A DNA stretch of 64,000 nt from Takakia lepidozioides (taxonomy: Eukaryota; Plantae; Bryophyta), in contig CM060731.1 of assembly GCA_030704615.1 (NCBI GenBank), positions 93,310,001-93,374,000 on the forward strand, written 5' to 3'. The position numbers were made by a program, and so were the translations under genes. Below the pieces are notes generated by a model, which made no database searches, was not told the DNA's origin, and was given only the letters and a program-made list of their open reading frames with translations. Shown piece by piece: positions 13,062 through 25,772 of this stretch. Positions within the stretch are counted from its first letter, which is position 1, and every line of letters begins with the position of its first letter.

Positions 13062-14731
13062 CTAAACGTCACTGGGACCCATTATGCATTGATGAATGCA
13101 CGTGTCTCGTTGAGGATCACAAAACATCCTGTGAATGTAGATGTAGTAAAGATGTTTGCATGGGACAAATTTACCTCTCTTTCCAATGGAGCTGTTTATT
13201 GTGTTGTCGAAGTCTGGGCATATGCAATTAGGAAAATTCCCAATAGTAATCTCATAAGTCCTGTCATGAAGAACCAATCCCGAAGTCACTATACTGTACA
13301 CCCGCCCATAGCCTAGAGGGGGGACATTCACAATTTGGGTAACCCGACACTGCAGGGTTCTTGCAGACTCAATTTTGCACTGGTTATCTGCACCTGCCTC
13401 AACACGACGAACCGGTTTTCCATTCCTTTTCGTTGGCCAGTCGTTCCCATGTGGTGGACGTGCAGGGAATGCGGATGGCGTACCCACGAGATGATGTTGG
13501 TGTTAGGACTATTGGGCCTCTTGGAAGTCGAAACCCTGCATCCTCCAGCATGTCAATCTCTTGTTTGGAGAGAGATGTTCCGACCTTGACTGGCCAGACG
13601 ACAGGGATGGTAGGCTTGCTGATGACTGAATCCCGACAAGTCCCCATCACACAACGCTGAATGTCATCGGGGCAGAACCAGAACTTGTGAGGTCTAGACT
13701 CCCGCGCTGAGTAATATTTGAACAAACCTGTGAATGTCGGTGTTGGAGTCCCGTCAGCGCCTCTGCAAATCTTACTTGTGCACTTCACAAAAGACAGGGC
13801 CCTGATAGCAGAACAACCAACTTTCGATCCTTTCGGAGTCCGTTCTATGTGCCACATTGCATCACCACAATCGGTCTCTTCAACCGGCAGCAGCGTCCGT
13901 CCTTCTCCCCGTGCCGGAGCTGTGGCATATGTTGCATCGAAATTTGCAGAACAACATGCACCCACAGATGGAGTAGTACATCCGAAATTGGGTGGCACAG
14001 GCACACGAGGTATGGAGAAATTATCTCTATCATGCCGATAGGAGTCACCCACCGATCCTGGAGGGGTGTCTAGTTTGCGCTTGCATGATCCGAATCTCTC
14101 ATCACCTTCCAGATGTGGGAGCCTGGACTGCAAAGATGTTCCAATGTGTACTCGTTAACAGCCCGCGCCATTTTTGCAGGATGCTTGCATCTGTTTGTAG
14201 CCCTGAGCAGCATCTGCCTTGTCCGGCCCCTCACCAGCACCCCGTCCCCTGAGGAAGTCTCGGTACTTTGTTTGTTGCGAAAGAGCGCGGATAAGGTCAT
14301 CTGCAGTTGCAACGTAAAGGTTCCGACCATTCTTACTTGATTGCGCCATCCACATACTATAAACAGTCTCCGCGAGATTGCAGGATGGCATATCCGCAAT
14401 GTCTTTCAGTGACATATTCTGCAGGTAAATGCCACACACATGCCACTATTATGTGGAGCAGCATTTGAACTGGACTGGACGGCATGGCCGCTGGTGCACA
14501 CACCCCCATATACATAAGAAGAATTGAAAATCATGGTAGTATAACTCAAACTTACAGCGCTCATGAAGGCACCCCACTGTCTGTATCTGAAGTGCCAAAA
14601 GCTCAACCAGTCTTCTAGCTCTTTGATTCCCTCCATACTCGCTGCCTCAGAGGAGTATCACCATGCTCTGATAGTCTGAAACATGGCATTTGCTTCCCTT
14701 TCTGTGGTGGCATCTTTGTATAGATGGCATA
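13062..14731 (-). pseudogene. Element B Mutator-like transposase, 3' half (catalytic E region, Cys-rich domain, SWIM finger)
   Basis: WHFRYRQW, intron 14419-14555, CNLAETV, FWFCPDDIQRCV, CICPDF...CKHL; collinear with transposase A; frameshifts. Confidence 0.85.
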
Positions 14732-14739
14732 GTTGCAGG

Positions 14740-14822
14740 GGGGGCTGCTATTTCATGAGCCATGAGCCATGAGCGGCATGAGCCATGAGCAGAGTCGTAA
14801 GTGTGGAAAAAAACATGAGCAG
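14740..14822 (+). repeat. Left TIR with subterminal CATGAGC heptamer repeats
   Basis: About 6 CATGAGC copies; mirrored by GCTCATG copies at 30127-30214. Confidence 0.85.
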
Positions 14823-15202
14823 CACTATTTTCCGGAAATGAGTGTCCGCGGGAATAGGGTTTAGGGTGCCACGGTCATAGGGGGAGAAGGACCTCCCGAT
14901 GAAGGAGGTTCGGCAATGTTATTTAGAATTATATATTGAAAGGCAATGTTTCGCGAATGGTAGGGTGGTACTGCTCTGTACAATGGGGGCCCATTTCAGC
15001 CTACCAGCCATTTGCAAAATTCACCCACACTCCCAATCCCAAACGAAATGAGCAATGACGCATTCTCGGAACGATGGACACAGAATAGAATAAAAAGAGG
15101 GCACAATGAGGTTTTTATTGATCCACATGAATTGCATTTGAAGCACGTCTACTGTGCTGATTGTGCCATCAAATCTTGAGCCCTGTGCCTACTGAATACA
15201 AG

Positions 15203-15766
15203 TCACGTTGTCAATGGGACTTCGACTGCTCTCAGAACTAGCTCATGAGTCATGGGGCTCCTCCATGTAAAGTCGATTGCAGCCGTTGTACCGCCCCTAG
15301 TGATGTTCACCACAATGTCCTGCCCTTCAATCATACCACCATCGAATATGGAAATCTTCACGTTTTCGTCGTCCACACCAATGCGAATGTCCCCATACAA
15401 TGGAGAAGAGGAGCGCACTCCTCGAGGAGAATAGGTCTCTCCGATAGAGTCCACCCACGTCCAGTGGCAGCAGTTCCACCGCAACAGCATAGCAGTGCGC
15501 CTTCTTCTGCATGGGTGACCGTCGTAACTGGGAAAATCGGAATCGAGGATGCGCAGGAGCCACGGACTCCTCAGACCAAGATCGTCACCCCGCTCGAAGG
15601 CGTAGTGGCCTACGATATACTCAAAAGCCACCAATGTTTCCACAATCGAACCAGTATCTTCTGTGTAATCTGTGTACCAGATAACAATGTCTCCCGATGT
15701 GGCCGAATACATTGCATAATCGATGCCTCCAAAGGGGCAGTCATCCCGGTTCCGGAAGCACGGCAT
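15203..15766 (-). CDS. Unknown cargo protein X1 (~187 aa, starts MPCFRN)
   Basis: Open frame; aligns by eye along its length with X2 and X3 (SGDI, WNCCxW, YGDI, DGxxIxGxDxVV, ELVxRxxEVP). Confidence 0.75.
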   Translation of the reverse strand: MPCFRNRDDCPFGGIDYAMYSATSGDIVIWYTDYTEDTGSIVETLVAFEYIVGHYAFERGDDLGLRSPWLLRILDSDFPSYDGHPCRRRRTAMLLRWNCCHWTWVDSIGETYSPRGVRSSSPLYGDIRIGVDDENVKISIFDGGMIEGQDIVVNITRGGTTAAIDFTWRSPMTHELVLRAVEVPLTT

Positions 15767-16315
15767 CCTTGCAAAGGAGGACCTGAGGACGACTTGGATG
15801 CCGATGACCTTGCGGACAGCTACGAAGCCCTTAGATTTTGGAAATGATACGAAGCGGAAGAGCAGTCCGGCCTCCAATAATGGAGCATCTGGGTCACACG
15901 TACCCACCGACGGAGGTGGAACGTGTTCATCACGGCAGCGGTGGATGAAGCCATACATCTTTCTCATCAACAAGTTATAGTTTGAGATCTGCCACCGAAG
16001 TCCATCCCCCCGGATGGAAATTCGGCGCCGCATTTACATCGAAGAGGGGATGGACTTCGTCGTGTCCAGTGGCTATCGGCCCACCTGGTAGTGACTGCCC
16101 ATAGTTTGCATGGCAGGGTAGGAAACAGAAACGGCTACATTTATGCAGCAGCCAATCTTCATCGGTCCAGGATCCTGTAGGGGGAAATTTAAATGTGCCC
16201 TGGAGTGTTTGTGAGGAATTGCAGCGTTAGCTTGAACTTTTTCCAGCCACCGCGCTGCTCCTCCTCCATCCGGGAGCTGCTGTCATTGAGCGTACTCCGC
16301 TACTCTTTTTCAAGG

Positions 16316-16894
16316 ATGCCGTGCCGCCGAAATCCAGCCGACTGCCCTTATCATGGCCACGATTATGCTATGTTCAAACCAGAATCAGGAGACATCATTG
16401 TCTGGCTCTCTGTTTTCACAGACGCTGCTGGAATCAAGCAAGAGTCTTTGCGCGCAATGGAGTATCTGGAGGGCTATTACCGCTTTGAGCGAGGTGAGGG
16501 CGAGGGTCAATGCGGTCCGTGGGTCCTGAAAATTGTTGACCTCGATATACCAAGCTGGAAAGGGATGCCGGACAGATCACGCACGGCCTCGCTTTGGCGC
16601 TGGAACTGCTGCCAGTGGACCAGGGAGGACGGCACCGGGGAAAACTATATACGTGCAGATCACTCCGCTCTTCCAGTGTATGGAGACATTCGGCTGCGTT
16701 GCGAAGACGAATCGCACGGGCACATGAGGCCCACAGTGACCTTGTCAATGTATGATGGTGGTATCATTGATGGACATGACATTGTCGTCGGCTTCAGCAA
16801 GGGCAGCAGAACGACCGAATTGCAGTTTACCTCGAGGTGCCGCAGCAGTGATGAGCTTGTTTTGAGGGGTATCGAAGTTCCGTCGACTTGGTGA
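16316..16894 (+). CDS. Unknown cargo protein X2 (~192 aa), paralog of X1, divergently oriented
   Basis: Same conserved motifs as X1/X3; start inferred from homology (MPCRRN). Confidence 0.75.
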   Translation: MPCRRNPADCPYHGHDYAMFKPESGDIIVWLSVFTDAAGIKQESLRAMEYLEGYYRFERGEGEGQCGPWVLKIVDLDIPSWKGMPDRSRTASLWRWNCCQWTREDGTGENYIRADHSALPVYGDIRLRCEDESHGHMRPTVTLSMYDGGIIDGHDIVVGFSKGSRTTELQFTSRCRSSDELVLRGIEVPSTW

Positions 16895-17149
16895 AGCCCA
16901 TGTAGAAGGAGGAAGGGCTTAGTTTTGTCTGCAGTTGGTAAATGTGAGACATCGTGTCCGATCAATAAACCCATCGTACCTCACTTCTGTATGATTGTGT
17001 TTCATTGTGTTGAATAACTGTCGGAATTGGCCCACTGTTTACAATTTGATGTCTCATTTCTACAATGTGTCTGTCCGGATGAATATAGCAGAGTAACCGT
17101 TATGTGAGTGATGTGTCAAGAATATACCAGAGTAACGCCATGTCGGACA

Positions 17150-17947
17150 TTGAAATGCGGCACCGCATTTCCATGTCGGCATCGAAATGTGGCGCCGCAT
17201 TACCATGTCGGCATCGAAATGCGGCGCCGCATTTCCATGTCGGGATCGAAATGCGGTGCCGCATTTCCATGTCCGACAAGAAAATGCGGTGCATCATCTC
17301 CGTCCAGGTACACGAAATACCAACACGGGTCTATAAATTGATCAGAAAACGAGGTTGGCATTGCAAATGCGGCGACGCATTTCCAGCTTGGCAATGGAAA
17401 CTTCTTTTTGGACAAGGGAATGCGGTGCCGCATTTCCGTACAACACTTCGAAAAGTGTGACATTTCCGACCAGCGCGATGGAATGCGTTACCGCATTTCC
17501 GAGAGAGGGTCTGCAAATGGACAAATTGCGATGTCCGTTCTGGAAATGCGGCGCCGCATTTCCATGTCCGTCATCGACTTTTTTTTACAATGGAATGCGG
17601 TGCCAATTTTTTGCTGATGGGCCTGCAGTTCGAACAACGACCATCCCCAATACTGAAATGCGGCACCGCATTTTCAATCCCGCCATCTCGACCTCCTTGC
17701 TCGACCTCGTTGTTCGACCTCTGTAAGCGTGGTGGCATCCATGCGATGAGCGGGAGAGGCCAAAACTGGCGTGTGGACAAAGGAAATTTTGGAAATGCGG
17801 CACCGCATTTCCAATTCAGATTACTTTTTACTATGCCAACATTGAAATGGAAAATTTAGTCCCTCCCCTGTTTTGGAAATGCGGTGCCGCATTTCCAAAA
17901 GAGGTTCTTAGAGTTCCCCTGTTTTGGAAATGCGGTGCCCCATTTCT
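17150..17947. repeat. Array of palindrome GGAAATGCGGCGCCGCATTTCC downstream of the ParB-MTase gene
   Basis: About 14 copies; spacings counted 32,32,32,33,83,53,63,63,49,63,137,84,51. Confidence 0.9.
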
Positions 17948-18083
17948 GATTTTGGGAGCGTCGTGGTTTGGGCGATTGTGTGGCTGGAATGCACACTGGA
18001 GAGGGGTCACGAATGTCGGGCAGAATTTCCTTTATATACTCTGGAAGAGAATTTACATTTACAGAGACTTCATTAAAATTCTA

Positions 18084-21000
18084 TTAATCTTGAAAATCAT
18101 CCGAATCCTCATCCTGTTCTAGACTGTCCTGCTCATCCTCCACCCCCTCAGTGCCTCTCTCATCTCCAGTGGACTGCTCGTTGGCCAGGCTTTCGAAAAT
18201 CCCATCTTCCCCTTGCGGAACTGTCCATCTCACCTCCGTTGGGTCGTCTTCCTCCCTGTCTGCGTCGCTCTCATCCGCTGAATCACATATGTACTTTCGT
18301 ACCCGTCTACCTGTCTGAGCTGCTGCCAACTCTTTCCTTATCCTTCTGTCCTCCCTAGCCCTCTCCAAAATCTGCTCTACTTTACTGGGATTCTCACTTC
18401 TTCTAATCGCTGTATTTGCGAGTTTAGCTGCATAACTAGGAAGGGAGTAGTCCCTCACCGGGCTCGTCATGAAATCGGCCCTCGCAAAGAACGGGACATT
18501 CTTCCTGGCAGGAAGTGTAGGCCCTACATGTTTCGACCCGGACCCTGCTATCCTGCACATGACAATCATCAACGAGACTAATGAGAACCACAGTCGGGAA
18601 ATTCGTTTGACATAAATGACCCAGAAGGCTTTGCAAACTTACAATGTTTGCACTCACTCGTATTCCGGGTTCTCCTCCGCATCAATGTCCACTGTGTCTT
18701 CCTCGGACTCCGACGAATCCGAGGAGACTTCCGCTCTGTCGGGAGCCTTCACATTCCGTTGCAGCCCCTCCAGATGGGATCCCCACACGGATGAATCCTC
18801 CTCGTAGGCAAAGAGGTGCCGGTCGGAAAACCGCCCAGCCCACATTGAGGCACCTGTTACAATGCCATCCACACATTACCACATGGCGCTTCAGATGTTG
18901 CGAACTACATCCTAACGAGAATTTGCAGAACAGCATAGATCAAGATTCTGCATACCTGTCCCACAGATGAGGTCGAGCACTGTGCCCTCCACGTCTGTGC
19001 ATGTCTCCATAATTGTCTGAATGAAGGCAGGGCTCCGAGTCCGTGAGTACCGCAGGGGTTCCGTTGAAGTGAGGCTATGAGGGAGAAGTTCCTTGGGAAC
19101 GTTGTTGAACAGAACGTCGTAATCGAGTGGGTCGCAGTTCGGGTCAACCTTTCCTCCCTCCTTCCGGAAAGCAAAGGTGGAGTTCTCCTTCACAAAGCAG
19201 TATGCATCGAACTGCTTCGTCTGCATACACAGGGGGAAAACGATTAGAAACCGAATGCGGCACCGCATTTGAAAACACCCAAGCAAATGAATGGACGAGT
19301 GCCAGTGTCGTAATCACCTTCTTCCCTTCCGACCGAAGGCCCAGTGTGTTGATGCACGTCCACTTCTTTTTCAGAATCGGGACGGCGCTCTTGCGGGTCC
19401 ACTTCGCAATTCCTGTCTGAGTGTTTTTTCCTCTGCTCGCCAGGACAACCACACAGCCTCTGTCGTCCAACACCATGCGGGCAAGCCCGAATCCTTTCTT
19501 CCAAAAGTCCTCCGAGTACCTGTTCCAAGATGGCAAAGCTTGCAGTCCTTCCACAGGCTCTCCGTCCGGAATATCCAAGATGATCATATCGCAAGACCAC
19601 TCGGTGGCATTTCCGCCCCTCCTACAATCCTTGTCTGCACACACCCTCTCAAAGAACGAGACCATATTCTGAAATCCTGGGGTGTCGGAAGGCTCTTCGG
19701 CAGTCGCCTTCTTCAGTGCTCTGCCCTTCAGACCCTCCATGGTCTTCAGGTATGCCAACTTGGCTGCCCGTCCATCCAAAGCCGCCAAGAAACTCTCATT
19801 TACACACTGGACTACAGTTTCGGGAGCCACTTTCGGCCTCTTCATTTCCACCGGCTCGAAAGGGTGCCCCCCTGGGGGGTTGAAGAGTGCCTTCTTTGCC
19901 GAGCCAGTTCTCGTGCCTCTGGTGACAACGGTGGGCACAGGGGAGGCAGCCTGCGTTTGGGGGGTGGGCTGGTTGCAAAGTCTCCATCGGAGTCCTCTTC
20001 CTCACCCTCTTCCTGAACAGGCTGTTTCTGCTTCTTCGTTTTGGCGGGTGTCACAACAGCTGCTCCTTGCTGGCGAGTCCTCTTCTTCGACCCCTTCTGT
20101 TGGGCCTGCACAGCTGCATCCACCGTCTTTTGTGCCATCTCAGCTGCCTTTCTGGATTCTTCCAGAGCAGCAGATTCCTTTGCCGACTTTGGCCCAGCAG
20201 GGACACGTCTTTCCTTTCTCTTCTCTTCTGCCAAGGCGTGCAGATCTTTCTCAGACTCGTCAACAATACCGCCAGACATGTCCAGGTACCACGGGCATCC
20301 AACGAGATGCGCGGGATGCCATTGTTTCTGCATCTCGGGTGTGTAGACACAGCTTGGGCCCGCCACGGTCCAAGCCATGAAGAACGGGGGCTCTTGAGCC
20401 AGGGCCCCTGTCTGAAGGAGCACGTATTTCATATACCTGCAAGGCAGTCAGCATGCGTGAGCAAAACTTGAGACCAACCTACTGGCAGAGTGCCACCAAA
20501 AACATAAAATGCGAATGCGGTGCCGCATTTCCGAGACAAACCTCGTAACCAGGCTTCGCATACAAGGGCAGCTGTGCTTCACCTGTAAACAATTCGCATT
20601 GCAGCTTTCCCCGCTCCCTCCTGATGTGTAAACTCCACGCTCCTTCTTGCTGTCTGTAGCTCTCTGGCGAAAAGGTTGTCCTTGTACGCACATCTGAAAC
20701 GTGTCACGTAGTCTTCCAATGTCTGTGTTCCATCCCATTTGACGTACAAGCCGAACGAATTTGTGTGCATTACGACTTGCTCCTTCGCATTCGACATTAC
20801 CTGCGATTCCCAAATCCATTGTCACGTAGCAGTTCAGGGAATTCATGTCAGAAAAGCAAATCTGGGGAAGTACCTTGAATTACCTGGAACCACCAAGTCA
20901 TACGGTTGAGCCACACATCCACTGCAGGGTCGGAAACTTCCAGTGGAAAAGACCACATTGTCCTTATGCTCTCGGATGCATTCCAGATCGACAGCCACCG

Positions 21001-23207
21001 TGTCTGCCATTTCCGATCCAATGTCAGGAGCTGGAAGAGAGTGGCTATTGCTAGGAAGGAACTTCAGTGCATTGAAACCTCACCTTCTCTTTCGCCTCCA
21101 CACATGCCGTTGAGAGGTGATGCAGTTTCTCCAATTGCATGGTCGGCTGCATGGCCCGAGAATAGTGTTTTGCAATCTCGGGGATGAAGTCCTTTCCAAG
21201 TGCCGGATCTGCAATTGCCACCAGCTTCACAAGCTTTGACTTGTATTTGGTTCTGGACTTGACACCGGCTTCCTTCAAGTGCTCAGTCAATGACTGCAAC
21301 GTTTTGACCTGCCCCTCACTTTCCATGAAGAAGCGTTTGGCATGGGCCAAATCCAGCTTGATGTTTGACTGCCAACAAAAACATGCAGAAGCGTTACATT
21401 CGATTCATGTGGAAAGATTACTGAAAATTGGGGAAGGATGAGCAGAGGGAAATTGGAGGACGACTTACTTCGTATATCACCTCCACCATTCCATCCATAG
21501 TGAGACGATACCATGTCCGGTCTGTTTTTGCAACGGCTTTCTGAATGAGCTCGGGCTCCAGCATTTCCGCAAACATCTGCGGATCAGTGAGACCAGTTTT
21601 CCTCACCCTGTACAGCATGTGTGCCATGTGGGTATGCACGTACGCATTTTCAGTGACCCTGCAAGGCACACTCTCCAGTTCAGTACACGGAAGCACGGAA
21701 ACAAACCAGAATGGAAACCGAAATGCGGCACCGCATTTCGAACGTGCTAGGGAGGGTATGAGTATCTTACGAGTTGAGGTCCGCCATGGCATTCTTGAGC
21801 AGGGAGGAGTCTGCCGCCTTCACCTTCAGGATGACACACTCCACCATGTAATGCCAGCCAATGTGCTTGGCATGGTTCTGCTTGATGTACTCCCACCAGG
21901 CGAGAAGTCGGTGATTCCCGTCCCACACAAAGAACATTTTACCCGACATATGGCCGAAGTCGGGATCACCCTTCAGCGTCGCCTCGAATTCGTGGTTGCG
22001 AGTGTGCCAGTGGGTATCCCACGTTGACAATTCATCGGCAGTGGGTCCACGAGTTTCGCCGTCCTCATTCTCAATGGAAACGTAAAACGCTGCCGATCCC
22101 AGACGGTACCCTTCTCGAAATGCGAACTTGAGCTTATCCACATCTCCGGGAAGGGCCTGCCTGACGATGGGAAGGGAGACCATGCGACAGAGTGGGATTC
22201 GAAGAGTCCGCTGGAATACCCTGCTGCCCAGAACTCTGCCAATGCTACTGTGTGTCTCCTCCAACATTTTATCCGCTGCACTTTTGAAATCCTCCGGAGA
22301 CATGTCTGTAGGTGCCGGTAGTGGCTGAGCAGCTGGAGCATCCTCAACTGGAGCTGCACTCTGGGGCCTGTGTGCGGGCAATTCTGCCATTGCAGAGGCC
22401 TCCTCCGGGCCTGCTTGCTCATCGGTGGTGAGGTCTTGCTGCGAAAGTTGAGCGGCAGCACCCTCCTCCGGTACCAAATCGAGATCAACGGTCGATCCCA
22501 TTGCCTTCGCTGCAGCAGAGTCGGCCCCAACATCTGCAGGCGGGAAATCCTCCAGGAACTGAGCTTCAGCTCGTGGAAGCGGTTTTGCGGGAGATTGTTC
22601 GCCCGTCGCCCTGATTGCCTTCTGCTTCCTCATCCTTGCAGGTGAAGGTGTCTGCTGCAATTGAATCTGTCTTCTACCCTGCTGCTTCATTCGCGTTGGG
22701 GGGGGTGAATCGGCCTGAGCCGGTTCAGAAGCCAGTAGAGGGACGGGCTGCTTCTTCTTCGACTTTGCTGGAGAAGGGCCCGACCCCTGCTGGCGATTCT
22801 CCATGACCGAAGAACGCGAGTCGATCTCTGGGACTTTGAACTTGCCCTTCGAAGACGCGTCTTTGAATCGCAGAGGGCTAGGCCCGGCAGGAATACCCGC
22901 GCTCGGGGATCGGGTGGGTGTACGTGCTGCAGCTAGCTCCTCGGACTCTTCCTGCGGCTCTTCGGATTCCTGCGATCCCTCCAGCACGTCCACCTTTCCT
23001 GTTAGGCATGCAAACATGTTCTGCATTCAAGTCTCCTAGCATTCAGTCTAAGAATTACAGAAGCAAAATGGGGGGTTCGGTGCTCGATCAGCTGCGCGCA
23101 GCCCGATCGCATGGAGCTCTCACTGGTGGCTGGGTTGCCTGAGTGGCCTGCTGCTCGGAGATGGCAATCTCCTCCTGTAGACGCATCTGCTTCCTCCCCT
23201 TCGGCAT
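18084..23207 (-). CDS. Multi-exon ParB-like / beta-class N4C-N6A DNA methyltransferase-like fusion (element A; one frameshift near 19960)
   Basis: FFVWDGNHRLLAW (ParB/Srx motif); CDMIILDIPDG then RTRSPAFIQTIMETCTDVEGTVLDLICGTG-ASMWAG..RHLFAYE (motif IV, then X-I-II); frame-restoring GT-AG introns; first exon uncertain. Confidence 0.7.
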
Positions 23208-23574
23208 TGGCCTACGTCCGAAGTATAATTTCCGGAGCTTGCGACGAGGTCTCCTGGCTGGTGCACGAACTCCCCCCCTCTCAGGTTCGAGCATAAGAAG
23301 AACAGAGAGAGGGAAAAGGGCCAAAGAGTGCAGATGGAAAGAGCGCGAGAGGGGTGACTGAGGAGACACGACAAAAGTAGATGAAACGGCGGTGATGCAC
23401 CACTTGGGTTCGAAAGGGTTGGACGAAAGTGTCTCCTCGGGAGTTTGCGTCATTACGAAATTCGAATCGTTGAGGGTACGCCTGCCGTCCGAAAAACAAA
23501 CATCATTATCGAACGGTCAGGCCGCGCCGCCTCATGCCCCTTCAGTCAGATAGAGTGCCGACATGTGCAGCAAT

Positions 23575-25345
23575 TCCGTTGCTCCACGTGTTCACATTTC
23601 AAGGTATTTCCGTCCCAGCGTCTGATGAGTTGGAGCGAAAATGCGAATGCGGCGCCGCATTTCCGTTAAGTACGATCACTCTGCTACACATCCGTACTTG
23701 TTGGAAGAAAATGCGGCACCGCATTTCCGTTCCACCTTCACATACCTTAGTTGTTGAACGGAAATACGGTGCCGCATTTCCGTCCCACAGCTCCAAGTAT
23801 GAGATTCAAAAGGGAAATGCGGCGCCGCATTTCCGTTCTGGAATGTCGAAAGGTGCGATTGGGACGGGAATGAGGCACAACATTTCAGTTCCCGTGGTTC
23901 ATGATTTTCAATGTGAACGGAAATGCGGTACCGCATTTCCGTTCCCACTTCACATCCGTTAGTGATGAATGGAAATGCCGTGCCACATTTCCGTTCGGGA
24001 AAGTATAGAGGTCTCACCTGGACAGAAATGCGGTGCCGCATTTCCGGTCCGGAAAGTTTGAAGGTCTCACATGGATGGAAATGCGGGTACACATTTCGTA
24101 GCACAGCTCCAGGCCCAATATACAAAACGGAAATGCGGCGCCGCATTTCCGTTCTAGAATGTCGGAAGGTGCGACTCGAACGGAAATGCGGTGCCGGATT
24201 TCTGTTCCCGTTGCGCACGATTTTCAGTCAGAATGGAAATGCGGTACCGCATTTCCGTTCTGTAGAGTATTAACGTCTGACGCTGGCGGAATCCGTGCCG
24301 CATTTTCGTTCCACAGCTCCATGCCTCACATACAAAACGGAAATGCGGCGCCGCATTTCCGTTTTGGAATGTCGGAAGGTGCGACTCCGACGGAAATGCG
24401 GTACCGCATTTCAGTTCCGAGGTTTCAGGATATTTCATCAGAACGGAAATGCGGTGCCGCATTTCCCTTTTGAATCTAATACATTCCGTTCTGGAATGTT
24501 GGGAGGTGCGACTCGGATGGAAATGCGTTGCCGCATTTCAGTTCCGACGGTTCACGATTTTCAGTCAGAACGGAAATGCGGTACCGCATTTCCGTTCTGG
24601 AATGTTGGTAGGTGCGACTCGGATGGAAATACGGTGCCGCATTTTAGTTCAGATGGTTCACGATTTTCAGTCAGAACGGAAATGCGTTGCCGCATTTCCG
24701 TTCTGGATAGTATGAATGTCTCAAGCGGTCGGAATTGCGCTGTATGAAGCTGTCGGAATCGCACTCGGCTCCATGCATCAGATACAAAATGGAAATGCGG
24801 CGCCGCATTTCCGTTCTGGAATGTCGAAAAGTGCGACTCGGACGGAAATGCGGTGCCGCATTTCTGTTCCCGTTGTTCATAAATCTCAATCAGAACGGAA
24901 ATGCGGTACCGCATTTCCGTTCCACCTTCACATACCGTGCTTGTGGAATGAAAATGCGGTACCGCATTTCCGTTCTGGAGAGTATGAATGTCTTTTAAGG
25001 ACGGAAATGTGCTGCAGCATTTCAATCCCTCAGCTCCATGCATCAGATACAAAATGGAAATGCGGCGCCGCATTTCCGTTCTGAAATGTCGGAAAAGTGC
25101 GACTCGGACGGAAATGCGGTGCCGCATTTCTGTTCCCGTTGTTCATAAATCTCAATCAGAACGGAAATGCGGTACCGCATTTCCGTTCCACCTTCACATA
25201 CCGTGCTTGCTGGATGGAAATGCGTTACCGCATTTCCGTTCTGGAGAGTATAAAGGTTTCCCCCGGACGGAAACTCGGTGCCGCATTTCCGTCGCTCTGG
25301 TGCATGACCAAGATGCAATACGGAAATGCGGCGCCGTATTTCCGT
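23575..25345. repeat. 53-bp-period array of the palindrome (GAAC)GGAAATGCGGYRCCGCATTTCC(GTTC) between the divergent ParB-MTase and transposase genes
   Basis: About 30 copies; ATGCGG cores at 23711,23764,23817,23870,23923,23975,24028,24081,24133,24186,24239; a few recurring spacer types. Confidence 0.92.
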
Positions 25346-25772
25346 CCACCAGCAATCGAAAGAATCACTCGGGACGGGAAATCTGGAACCTGAATGGGTT
25401 GCATTGTTCCGAAACAACACAATTGCGGCCAGTCTTGATGAGCACAACTTGGTTGTCTGACAGTTTTAACCAGCAGTCCTGGCACTTGTCAGTGCGAACG
25501 TTCCTGTCTGCACCGAGAATACTGCTGGATCCACCCTCAGGAGAAACTGTCAGGAGATGTTATTTCGTCGCCGAATCGGCCATCATTGTCATACTCACTG
25601 GCTATGGAATCAAACCTCCCACCTTCATGCATGTAGCTTGAAACAATACTTTCCACTTCAATGTGCGACTTCCAATCGTCGATGGACTCCGCAGATCCAC
25701 TTAGATGGTGCCTGTGAGCCTTGGTCTGTCGCTATACTGAACCTCGCACTTGCCAACTCCGTGCGGTGTTCG

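Noticed and set aside
14855-14867. Telomere-like TAGGGTTTAGGG in the subterminal region
   Set aside because: Fewer than two full units; no evidence of function
18084-23207. Bacterial or phage contamination explaining ParB-MTase
   Set aside because: The gene has multiple spliceosomal introns and lies inside a TSD-flanked eukaryotic transposon
23575-25345. CRISPR-like array (palindromic ~30-bp repeat plus ~23-bp spacers)
   Set aside because: Spacers recur as a few related types in higher-order blocks, repeats are degenerate, there are no cas genes, and the context is eukaryotic
17100-25641. Many short ORFs with MRRRIS/KCGAAFP/GNAAPHF peptides
   Set aside because: Translations of the palindrome in different frames
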